The notes beneath the pieces were generated by a model. The model saw nothing but the letters and a program-made list of their open reading frames with translations. It made no database searches and had not been told where the DNA came from. Shown here in pieces: positions 12,359-23,295 of a DNA stretch of 64,000 bases (positions are counted from its first letter, which is position 1; every line of letters begins with the position of its first letter). Origin of the DNA: Pseudogymnoascus verrucosus. Its lineage: Eukaryota. The stretch lies in the NCBI GenBank assembly GCA_001662655.1, contig KV460216.1; one strand, given 5' to 3'. The position numbers and the translations under genes were made by a program.

Positions 12359-12665
12359 TATAGAATTGGAATTGGAATTGGGGGATATTTGTAGAATTGT
12401 GATATTGGGGATGTATATAGAATTGAGATATCGGAAGATCTACAGAATCATAACATCACAGAATCTGTAGAATTGAACAAGAGAATCTATTGAATTGAAA
12501 CATCGCAGAATCTTCAGATTTGAAACCCAGCAAAATCTTCAGAATTGAACATGAGAATCTACAGAATTGAACAGCAGAATCTATAGAATTGAACTGAACC
12601 CTCGCAAAATCTACAGAATCGAACATGAGAATCTACAGAATCAAAACCTCCCAGAATCTGCACCT
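12359..12665. repeat. Degenerate minisatellite, about 10 units of 21-30 nt with core AATCTACAGAATTGAAC
   Basis: Repeated gaatct(a/g/t)(c/t)agaattgaac units downstream of the acyltransferase stop. Confidence 0.8.
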
Positions 12666-13279
12666 TCAAAACCATAAAATGTCTCGAATTAAACACCACA
12701 CACACAATTGAAAAACTATCACCAAAATCCCTCAATCTCAATCTCTCACACCCCACCAAAATCATCACTCAATCCCACACCCCCAATAAAACAAGCCGCG
12801 ATCACCGCACGCAAATCTCCACGAATATTGGATCGCAAATCTCCCCCTCCCCGCCCCAAATCCCAAAATGACGCACGCAGCACGCATCACAAGCCAAGGA
12901 AATCCCCCCCCGTCCCGGCCTAACGCCCCCCCGCCTCACTACTCCCTGAATCGTACCGTGCGCTGATCGTGGTGTAGGTACCAGGCCGGGGTCTAGTAGT
13001 GCTAGTGTTAGTGTTAGTGCTAAAACCGGCGGTGGGTGGGCGGTGGTGCTCCCCACATTTTGGTGTGTGGTGTACCCCAATAATTATTTCCCCAGCAGTG
13101 AGCGGCGATGGGGGGGGGGGGGGGGAGGGAGCACATGCGCTGCTGCGGTGGGGTGGGGGGAGACATAAACTCTCATTCATTTATTCATTCATATCATTAA
13201 TCCTTTTGCTCGCCAAGCATCTTGATCTGAGATCTGATCTTGGCTACGACCTCAATCAAGCCAGAAAATAGGGAAAGGT

Positions 13280-13321
13280 NNNNNNNNNNNNNNNNNNNNN
13301 NNNNNNNNNNNNNNNNNNNNN
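13280..13321. other. Assembly gap (N run) next to a (ATAC)n microsatellite
   Basis: N run in sequence. Confidence 1.
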
Positions 13322-13469
13322 ATACATACATACATACATACAGTACTTTCCAAGCAATTAGTCTCGCATCTCCAGCTCCAGATCAAGCTCCATCGAGCAT
13401 CTTTTAAACCCCATTTGCGCCTACGACCACGACACCACCACCACCACCCACTACACACACCACAGCACA

Positions 13470-15299
13470 ATGCTCACCCGCCGCACAACCCTCCTCACGG
13501 CCCTCCTCGTCGCCAGCACCTTCGTCCTCTTCCTGAACGTTGATTTTTTGTCAAAATACGCGGGGTCACCACTTGCTGTGCCTGTTGCGCCTGGGGGGTT
13601 CCCCGCGGGGGCGCCTGGGGGGGAGGGACTGGGAGATGGGGGATGGCCGGCGGCGCCGGAGAGGCCGCAGGTATTTGGTGATGGGGGGTTGGCTGTTGTT
13701 AATGATAAGGATGGTGGGTTGGGGGGGTTGAATGGGGATGGCGGTCTTGGTGGTTTGGGAGGGGATAAGGATGCGGGTTTTGGGGGGGACAATAAGAACG
13801 CTGGTCTGGACGGATTTGGGGGAAACAAGGACAGTGGTCTTGACGGCCTGGGGGGAGATAATAAGAACGCTGGTCTGGACGGCCTCGGTGGCCTCGGTGG
13901 CCTAGATGGCAACAACGAGAGCAAAGAAGCTGGCAACACCGCGCCAATTGACTTCCCACCCTCAAACACCGATAGCACCACCATCGCCGTCCCTCCCGCC
14001 ATCCTCCCAGAAACCACCACCACCAACACCAACCCCAATACCAACCCAGCACCCACCAACGCCGACGGCTCTCCAAAAAACACCTACTTCGACCAAGCCT
14101 TCTCGGCCTCCCCCCCCACGCCCTACGACTTCCCCGCCCTCACAGCGCAATGCGCACGCACGCACTGGCGCACCGACGACGTCTACCTCCAATGCGGCGG
14201 CATGGCCGCTGGCCTCACCTCCATCATGTCTCAAGTCAAAGTGTGCTTAAAAATGGCCTTCGAAGCCGGTACCGGGCTCGTCCTCCCCAGCATGCCGCTG
14301 CGCGACTCGGAGCACCTCGAGCAATTCAACCTCATGAACCAGGATGCGTATATGACGTACGACCAGTGGTTCGATGTTGCGCACCTCATGGACTCCGTCA
14401 AGCGCGTGTGTCCGCAGATGAAGATCGTGCACCCGGCGCAGCTTGATACGGCGGAGTACCCCGTGAAGAATAAGTGGCTTATCAAGCTCGAGGATGCGAA
14501 GGGGTATAGGCAGTTCCAGAGCTATTTCTGGACTGGGCGGCCGTTCGCGACGTTCTTCGATGAGCAGTATACTAAACTCACGCAGCTGGATAAGTTGAAT
14601 CCGCATAACAAGGCTGCTGTGGAGCAGGGGGCGCCGGCGAAGAAGGGGATGACTGTCGTGAAGATGTCGAGTAACTTCCTCCTTTTCCGCATTACCGACG
14701 ACCCGACGGGACAGGATCTGAAACTCTGGAACGACCTGGGCCATCTGATCCGCTTCACGCAACCGACGCGCGATCTCGTCTCCGCGCTCCTCGGCCACGT
14801 ATCACGCCCGTTCTACGGCGTGCATTTCCGCGTCGAGAAGGACACGATCTGGTCCTCGCTCGAGAACCAGCTCAAGGTCGACCTTGACGCGCTGGATAAG
14901 GCGTGGGGGATGTTTGGCACCCCCGGCGGGGAGAAGCCGCTCGTCTACCTTGCGTGCGGGGACCAGGAGCAGGTTGCTAAGTTTGTGGAGGCGGGTAAGG
15001 CGCGCGGGTGGGAGGTGACGCATAAATGGACGCTTGCTGGGGGGGATAAGACGACGCTTGAGAAGATTGATGCGCTGCCGTTTGATTTTCAGGGGGCGGT
15101 GGATATGGGGTTTATGGTTAAGAGTGAGTTCTTCTTGGGGATTACGGGGAGTGCGTTTTCGAGCACGATTGGGAATGCGAGGGATGTTACGGGGAGGTAT
15201 AGGGGGAGTTCGTTGTTGTTGGGGAAGGGTGGGGATGGGGGGGCGAGGACGCATTTGTTTAATGATGGGGATGCGAGTCTTTATGCTTGTTGTTTGTGA
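13470..15299 (+). CDS. O-fucosyltransferase-like (GT-B, O-FucT family-like) type II membrane glycosyltransferase, 609 aa
   Basis: N-terminal signal anchor; Gly/Asp/Asn-rich repetitive stem; GLVLPSM; FYGVHFRVEKD (GxHxRxExD); VYLACG; AVDMGFMVKSEFFLGITGSAFS (D...s..F.G...S.FS). Confidence 0.75.
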   Translation: MLTRRTTLLTALLVASTFVLFLNVDFLSKYAGSPLAVPVAPGGFPAGAPGGEGLGDGGWPAAPERPQVFGDGGLAVVNDKDGGLGGLNGDGGLGGLGGDKDAGFGGDNKNAGLDGFGGNKDSGLDGLGGDNKNAGLDGLGGLGGLDGNNESKEAGNTAPIDFPPSNTDSTTIAVPPAILPETTTTNTNPNTNPAPTNADGSPKNTYFDQAFSASPPTPYDFPALTAQCARTHWRTDDVYLQCGGMAAGLTSIMSQVKVCLKMAFEAGTGLVLPSMPLRDSEHLEQFNLMNQDAYMTYDQWFDVAHLMDSVKRVCPQMKIVHPAQLDTAEYPVKNKWLIKLEDAKGYRQFQSYFWTGRPFATFFDEQYTKLTQLDKLNPHNKAAVEQGAPAKKGMTVVKMSSNFLLFRITDDPTGQDLKLWNDLGHLIRFTQPTRDLVSALLGHVSRPFYGVHFRVEKDTIWSSLENQLKVDLDALDKAWGMFGTPGGEKPLVYLACGDQEQVAKFVEAGKARGWEVTHKWTLAGGDKTTLEKIDALPFDFQGAVDMGFMVKSEFFLGITGSAFSSTIGNARDVTGRYRGSSLLLGKGGDGGARTHLFNDGDASLYACCL

Positions 15300-16737
15300 G
15301 GTGGGGGGTGAATGTGGTTTGTGAGATTTTGGGTTGGAGTTTTGGGAGTTTTAAACGAAAGGCTGGAGGCTTGAGTTTTGGGGGTGGGTGGGGGTTATTT
15401 TTTTGCGTAAAGCAGGGTGTATATATTATAAATTTAGATTCTATATAGATGAGGTGCAAGACATTGAGGATGTTATGAGTTTAAATTTCTTCGTTGTGAT
15501 TATAAATCTGTTTTGTAAACCTCAATATCGTATTTCCATTCATATTCCACAAAAACAAACCACCAGTTTCCGAACAATCCACAAGTTCAAAATCTTCCAT
15601 TTCCGTAATATATAATCTATAGCATTCCATCATCCTATTTCTCTATTGTGAACGCCCAAGACCGACCTGGACCTCCATGGAGACCACCCATGCCGCTATG
15701 TCATAAAATGATCATGGTGCGTGATGTCTGGCTTCGGATCTGTCATCTAGTTGGTGAAGGTCTGGGAATTATGCACTGCCGTCACTAGTTTTGAGTTCTG
15801 ATGCATCATTTGAGGTGTTTTGTAGATTGATCTGTAGAACAAGATGAATAAAGCGTGTCCTGCTGTGTCGTTGCTGTGAAAACTCCCCATGCACGTTAAA
15901 GCCACAATCCCCATCCACGTCAACGCTCAACACAGTGGCAGTGAAAGAGTTATCCTGCCCTCAGAACCACAACCGTCAAAACCACACAAAAGAAACCCCC
16001 AAGAACCGTCAAAACAAACAGAGACTACAATCACAATTCACAAGAACCGACATTTCAATTTCAAATTTTCCATTTCCTATTCTAGAGTACGACACAGTGT
16101 GGAGGCTTGATTAACACACCATGCCCCCCTGATCGGAAACCAGCGAGCAAACACGCCATCACCAGAGTCTGAAAACCATCCCAAACACCCTCCCATGATA
16201 TTTGCCCACTAACACCCAGTACCAGGCGCCATCACGAAATGAAGAAGTTGAAAGTCCGATACCAGCCCATCCGAAACACCACGCCAGGCACTCATGCCGA
16301 CAAACAAACAAACGAAACAAAAGAAGAACAATACCCATAGGCGGGCAAGTCTTCATCCAGACCCACGCGCATCCCAAAGGAGGAGAAGCACGGGAAAAGA
16401 AGGATCTGGATACGAAGTGAACATAAGATATATTGGCAGACCGGCAGCTCGGAGCTGCACCCGCATCGCGTCGAACCCGGGTAGTAAGGGGGTTTGAAAG
16501 GAGACACGGGGGCCTGAAAAAAAAAGTAACAATCGAAGACATACGGAAGAACACCGACGCTAGATACGTGAACTCGAAGTAATGAGTTAGGCATGTGGAG
16601 GTCGGATCAAAGGACCACACACGAGGAACACTATCTTTGCCATGGACATGCTTTGTTGGAATCTGAACAGTCGAGAAAATACCGGAGTGAAACAAGATGC
16701 GGCACGAATAGAGTGAGTGCGTGGTCGAGCTGGCAGC

Positions 16738-19041
16738 TTAGTTGTTGCTGCTGCTACCCGTGGATCTAGCCTGCTGCTGCGAAATCATAAGCGCCTTGCG
16801 ACGACGCTCGTATTCCTCAATGTCTGCAGCCATGTAGTTATAGGTGATGGGTCCGGGCTCTGGTGAGATTCGGAGCTCCTCGCGCAGACGATGGTAATGC
16901 TCCAACTCCTCGGGCTGGATAGGCTTGACAACAGCCTTGCCAGGGCGTTTTGGATCCATGTCATGCAAGTCGTACGGGGATGACTTCTTCTTCTTGTTCT
17001 TGCGCGAACGGGAACCTGGGGTTGGGGCACCTTCAACATATGGTGGGATGTTGTTGTGAGGGATCGTGATTGGGAGACCAAAAGCATGATTCCATGGGTT
17101 GATGAAGATCTGTTTGAAGACACGTCTGCAGTGGGCGCGCAGATAATTGCATGCATCAGTTGAGATGCCGATGTAGATGCAGGCATTGAAGAAACCCTGA
17201 AGAGGCAGAAGAACAGCCTCCGCGATGTTAAGCTCGTACGACACCAAGGCTGGATTAACTAATGTCGCAATGCGGTTGGCGGTGGCCGGGACCTGGTGGT
17301 GATTAGTCTTCGTGAATAAATGGGGGGAGGTCAAGATGGTGAGGTGTGAAGGCGGGGAGAAATTGTTCGGAGGAAAGAAATTAGAGGGAAGGGAGGAAGA
17401 CATACCCAAGTAACGATCATAGCGGTGAAAAACATCAGGGCACACTTGAGATAGACCCAGGCGGCGCGGTCGGCACTGGACACCTCCTTCTTCTCCTTCT
17501 TGGCCTTGACCTTGGCAGTGGATTTACCTTTCTTGTATTCCTCGCGCTCGACGGAGTTAGCTGCGTCCGAAGTGACGTTGATATCGGTGGTGACCGCAAT
17601 ATGGCCCTCCTCTAAGACGGAAGGACTGCCAACAATGGAGGCGGCCATAGAAGCTTGGTTCCTGGAGGCTTGGGCGGTTAATTCATTGAAGCGGGCTCGG
17701 TTTCGGAAGACAATTCTGCCCACAAGGATGTAAATAGTCATCGTGGAAAGAAGGACAACCCTAGGAAAAGTGTTAGTAAGAGGTGGAAACATCGAGAATG
17801 AGAATGGCTGAAATGTGAGGGGAATCAATGTGGGAATAAAACGAAATCTCAGTCAGGGGTTGAAGACCAACAGAATATTATGTGCTCAAGTGACATGGCC
17901 GTATAATGAAAAAATAAGTAACATCAACGATTAAATTATCAAAGTAGGATAGGCCCTATCCACAAGTGTATTAAGGTTCGGAAATGTCCAGATCGGGAAG
18001 GGAGGAATAGATCAGGGGATGTATAAGTTCGCCAACACAAAATCCGCAATGGTGGGAAAATTCCAAACAGCAAAAAGTGCGCAGTAGGGTCAAAGTCGCC
18101 TGTGAATAGATCAAAGGCGAGATTGAACCAAAGCAAGAATAGATCAAGGCGAGAGTGAACAAAAGCAAGAATAGATCAAAGGCGAGAGTAAACCAAACCA
18201 AGTTGTGTATCGAAGCCAGAAGCACGTTGAAATGGTGAAGAAAAAGAAAAACAAGACTAAAAGAAATGAGAAATTGTGTCCAAAACTCACCAGACGGGGC
18301 CATAGAAGGTGGCAATACGGAGAAAGTTCCATTTGACGGTCACCCAGCACCAGAGCTAAAAAGCTATTAGCCACATAAACGAAGGTGACATGTTTGCTTT
18401 GAGAAGAGTATAGATCGAGAAGGAAAGTATGGAAGGGGGGGGTGGGGGAAACTTACTGTAGCATTCCCAAAAACACGACCACGCTCCTCAGTTTGAAGCA
18501 GCACAAATACGATTGATGGAATAGCCGGAACTCCATAGTTGAAGACGAGGTAATATTTCTCGAGAGCCAGGAATTCCGTTGGACCATACTGATAGAAGAA
18601 CGTGAGGAACACATTCAAAGCCATAGAAAACATCCAGAGAGCGTCAGCAGGCATGAACCTAGAAGCAGTGTTAATACAGATGCACGGATTTGAGGTCCGA
18701 TCTGAGTAGAAGTTTATATTGAAGTAAACTGGGAAGGAGCAATAGAAATGGTAGTAAAGATGAGGTACTCACATTTGGATAATGAAGGCTTGAAACTGGC
18801 AGAGCGATGAATTTTGACCAGTCAAGATGCTAGAGCGTGAGATTAGAGTGGCTAAGTTCGTAACGAGGTTGCCAAAGGTAGCGAAGAAGACCAATCTGTT
18901 GATCGGCTTGCGGAAGATCTTCATCGAAGAAAACGTTACAATGACGAAAAAACAGCCTAGAATAGAGAACACCGAAGAGATGCGCTCAGCGAGCTGAATA
19001 TTAGCGAGCTCTTGCTCGGTGAAGTAAAGTTTCTTGGCCAT
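16738..19041 (-). CDS. cAMP-receptor-like (CRL / Dicty_CAR family) GPCR; exons 19041-18773, 18658-18457, 18355-18291, 17760-17406, 17292-16738
   Basis: ERISSVFSILGC..FRKPINRLVFFA, CQFQAFIIQMFMPADALW, GNATLWCWV..LRIATFYGPVW, AAWVYLKCALMFF..TWVPATANR, LPLQGFFNACIY; all junctions GT-AG and in frame. Confidence 0.9.
18104..18202. repeat. About 32-nt tandem repeat x3 inside GPCR intron 3
   Basis: gaatagatcaa(a)ggcgaga(t/g)t(g/a)aac..aa.caa repeated three times. Confidence 0.8.
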
Positions 19042-21987
19042 TGTAGCTGAAACAAACTGTATGAGCTGTGAAGATTGAGGTCGGCGAGTTGAATCGTTTG
19101 ATTTGAGTTGATGAAGATTGATTAAACAGGTGCATCAATGTGTTGATGAATAGAATGAAGTGAGCAAGTGTTGGAAGAGGCAAGAAGTAAAAGGGTGAAG
19201 GAAGCAAAGAAGTAAAGTGGGTGAAGGAGATGAAGAAGTGAAGAGGGTAAAGGAGATGAAGAAGTAAAAGAGTAAAGGAGGTCAAAAGGTTGTTGTGGGC
19301 GGGAGGAAAGTTTATGATAAACAGAACCGCTGAGAAGGGCGGAAGCGTGTTGTGAACGTTTGGCTCGCCGAGAAAACGAGCGGGCCAGAACTGAACCAAG
19401 CCCGTTTCAGTGATTGACAACAAGAAATATGTTTGATTTCTGGATCGGGCAAAGTGCGGTCTGGAGGTGGTTCTTCCTAGTGGAAGCGTTTTCGCCTGGC
19501 GCGGAGGAGGGGGGAGGGGGAAGACAGCGGGGGGCGCAGGGGACGCGGCGAGAGCATTAGAGGGGTTGGCACAACGGCAAGAGCGGCGAGAGCGGCATGG
19601 CCTTCTTCTTCTTTGTTCTTCGTATCCTTAAGACGAACAATCGTTCGCAGTCATCATGCTGTATATATATATGTATATATCTCTTCTTTGTTCCCTATAG
19701 CTTTATACGAGCAATCGTACTCTCGTTCGCTGTCATACCGAATATATATCTGCCTCGCCGTCATAGCCGATAGGAACCTGACCACAGGAGCGAATACAAT
19801 ATAGACGTAACTTCATAAGAGCACCAGCTTCCTAGAGATATCCTGCAGCAGATATTCTCAAGCACGTCTCATCCGTTCTCATTCATTGATCCTCCTGCGA
19901 CGATCTTCCCATAGCGATCCTAGCCAAGAAATTCCACAACCCCAGAATGACAGAACCCAGGCAAGATCATATCATATTTTGGCTTTCTCGTTCATCCGCT
20001 GACAAGGAACAGAAGTTTCACTGCCAAAAGAACAGGGCGCCAGGGGTATCTGAAAAGCCATAACAAAGCACAGGGTCCGAAATATGGTGGCCAGGAACAC
20101 GGCGTCAGTTAGTTCAGATTCGGCCAGCCTGAGGTAACCGTCACCACCTATCAACCACTTCCTGCCCCAACCTGTTTCCCTTCTACCAATACACCCGTCA
20201 CCGAAGACATGTCTTGCCTCGGATATGACTAGACCTAATCAGTCTTCATTCTCTGCCAGCCCATGTTCTCTTGCGTCAAGCAGTCTGAGGTAGGGGGGTA
20301 GGAGGAGATGGCGATCAGCAGCAGTGGAAGGGATGTCTAGCATTTGACAGCTTGGTCTTGCTTGAACTTGCTTTCCCAAGCGGCCTCTCAAACCAAAAAT
20401 GGTGAGCCGTGCCGTCTTTGGACTTGCCTAGCTGGCTATGGGTGCGGTGGTGGTGGCGATTTGGTGAAGTGAGGTGACAATGGTGATGTGTACAAATGAT
20501 TGGGATTCTTGATGCGGCTGGAATCCTCTGGGGCTTCTATGGATAAAGCTGATGCTGCATTCAGGTGTTGATATGGGGCAGCGCGAGTGGCCTTCAGAGA
20601 TCCCTTCTCATCTACCACATCAGCCATATCTCACCCTCCATGCTGGCATGGGTATGGGTGGATAAATCAGTGGTTCTGGTCCTTGCTTGGTAAATCAGGT
20701 GCTGGATGTGCATCTCCTTTGTCTTCATTTTCTCCCTGGAATACAGTTGCTACTGCCATGGGATGGGAACTACCCTGATTACTCCTGAGAAACATCTGTG
20801 AGTACTCTGCTCTCTACATATCTCACAGTGTGACTAACATATAGCTGATATACACCCTCCACCTTTACCCATGCAAAGGTCACATCCTGTGAGAAAGCCC
20901 AGAGAGTGCGATGAGAGAAAGACAAGACAAACAGTGGTTGTGGGCAAGGAGTAGAGAGACCGGGGAAGCGGGGTGCAGCATGGGGTTGCAGTTGGACAAG
21001 TGAAGCTGGTGTGGGGGAAGCAAAGCTAATAGGGGTAAAATAAGGGCAAGGAACGATGGTGGCTGTCAGCACTGGGGACCTGGGAGACAGCAAGGGGCAA
21101 GAGCAAACGTCTGCTGTTCCTGGCGCTAGCCAAGAGCAGCTAAAGGCGGGAGCGGGTGGCTGACAGCCGGAGGCAAAGAAGCGGAGCCACGAGCGAAAGA
21201 GGAGTGGCAGAACAGTGTGGCCATGTGAGTCTGCATCTGTGGCAGCTATTTGAATTTGAGGGAGAGCAAGGATGGGAGGATGGGAGGATGGGATAGAGGA
21301 TATACTACAATCCTCTATGGAACATGTAGGAGGGCAAACTACAAATCTTCACGCATTTGAAGTTTCCAGTCCTTGGCTGTGAGGTGAATGGATGGATGTT
21401 GAGAGTATGAATGTAGGTAAAGGGAAGGGCAGGAGAGTGACAAAGGTAGCAGAAACACGACGACGATGACAAGGCCCAAGGGATGAGAAGGGATGGTGTG
21501 AGGTTTCAAGCAACAAGAGATGGTCCAGAAGAACTGACACTCACATAAACCATCACTCTTCTCTGCTGTATGCAGAGTATAGTGACAGAATCCCACCAAA
21601 GGCACATTAATCATTCATCATAATCACTCCATCCCAGAAACACTTGAATACACGGTTTGTGAAACTTCAAACCTCACCTCACCTCACCTCACCCACCATC
21701 TCACCCACCATCTCACCCATCCCATACGCTTGCATCCCACATGCACCATCTCTGAGAGACCCGATGAAGCAGAATAACCGTTATTATTAGGCACCACAGC
21801 TAGGGATCCCAATAGGTGATGTTGCAGGGTGCCGTTGGGATTCTCTGTCTTCAGTCGAGACAACCAGCATCATCGACGTTGAAGCAAAGTGGTGCACGGA
21901 CCACCGTCGCGTCTCCCCTCACAACCTTTGGAAATAGCGCGACGAGCTCCAAATTGACGTCTCTCCCAGCCAACATCTCGACCCACA

Positions 21988-22430
21988 ATGGCCGATAATA
22001 TGGACGACGAGACGCGCGAGGTAAGATACCAGTATCCCCACATTATGTGGCTGAAGTATTAACGCACCCGCAGCGCCTCAAGGCCGCCCTCTGGTTCTCC
22101 ATCGGCAAAATCGTCGATGCCGAGACCCTCCGCCTCGGCGTAAACGCAACCCCCCAGTTTATCGGTGCCCTGACGGAGATGGTGTGGGCGCAGATTGGTA
22201 AGCTACTTTAAGATACGCATCACGGGCACGGGGCGAATTGTGCTGACAACTCCTCCCCAGAAAGCGTGTCCCAGGACCTCGAGAGCTTTGCGAAGCACGC
22301 TGGTCGCTCGACGGTCACCACGGATGATGTGCTGCTTGTTACGAGGCGGAACGATGCCCTGCATGATATTATGAAGGAGTTTATTGATAAGGAGAAGGCG
22401 GCGAGTGGGAAGGGGAAGAGGAGGCAGTGA
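21988..22430 (+). CDS. MHF1: CENP-S / MHF1 histone-fold protein; exons 21988-22020, 22074-22197, 22261-22430
   Basis: Spliced product MADNMDDETRERLKAALWFSIGKIVD..ATPQFIGALTEMVWAQIESVSQDLESFAKHAGRSTVTTDDVLLVTRRN; absent from the ORF track because of introns. Confidence 0.92.
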
Positions 22431-22901
22431 GGTCGTTCATCGCGTGCGTGGGGGAGAGGCGTTTGCGGCGTTTGAGGGTTTACGGGAGATACACAACCAT
22501 GCTTGCTCTGCAGGCTGTGCACACGATATAGGACGAATAAATGACAATAATCTATATATGAGAGCCCTTCGATTGGGAATGGAGTTTAATCTTCGAGAAC
22601 CTGGGCCGCGTCAATTATGGATCCGAAATCCCGGACCACCGAAAGGGGATCGTTGGCGGCGCCGTACTTCTCGACTAGGAACATTTCCAACTGACCTTGA
22701 AGAAACCTCCCTCTGCACACGGTCTTCCACCTAACGTCAAGGTGGACCTTCTTTAAGAAACAACAAAAAAATAAGGATATTTTCGGGATTTTTGGGGTTC
22801 TTTTCCTTGGTTAAGGTGGGAGTTTGGAGGTGAACTTGGAGTGCTGGTGATGATCTGGCGGGTTGTCTAGGTCAGGGTTTTTTAAAAACCCAGCCACTTC
22901 T

Positions 22902-23183
22902 GGAACAGTCTTCTACTAAGGCTCATTCAATGTGAAGAGCACGGATGATACTTTCCTCGAACTTCCTGGTTGGACAAAAGGTGTTGTGTGGGTGAATGGT
23001 GTTATTATTGGTTGTTACTAGACTGTTGGTCCTCAGCAGCAGCTAAATCTTCCAGGCGACTACCTGAAGAAACGGAATAGTGAGACTACCGTGCTGGTTT
23101 TGGAGCCGAATGGGAATCAAGCTCCGGCTAAGGGGATACAGGTGCGGAGTTGGAGTAATAATCCTGATCCTGATGCTCTGTGA
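22902..23183 (+). pseudogene. C-terminal fragment of a GH35 beta-galactosidase with in-frame stops
   Basis: Translates [69 protein letters not shown]; matches the GH35 C-terminal pattern DTFL..GW.KG.VWVNG.NLGRYW..GPQ..LY.P; stops at 22917 and 23019. Confidence 0.85.
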
Positions 23184-23295
23184 TGATCATGGGCGGGTAC
23201 GGTTATAATAGTCTTAAAAAAAAGATCTATTCATCATCCTGGGAGTTTGAATTTGAGATATACAAACTTGATCAAGATTTTGATGCTACCGCCCC

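Noticed and set aside
12359..12665. CRISPR-like appearance of repeats with variable spacers
   Set aside because: Linkers are only a few nt, repeats are degenerate, there are no cas genes and the context is eukaryotic.
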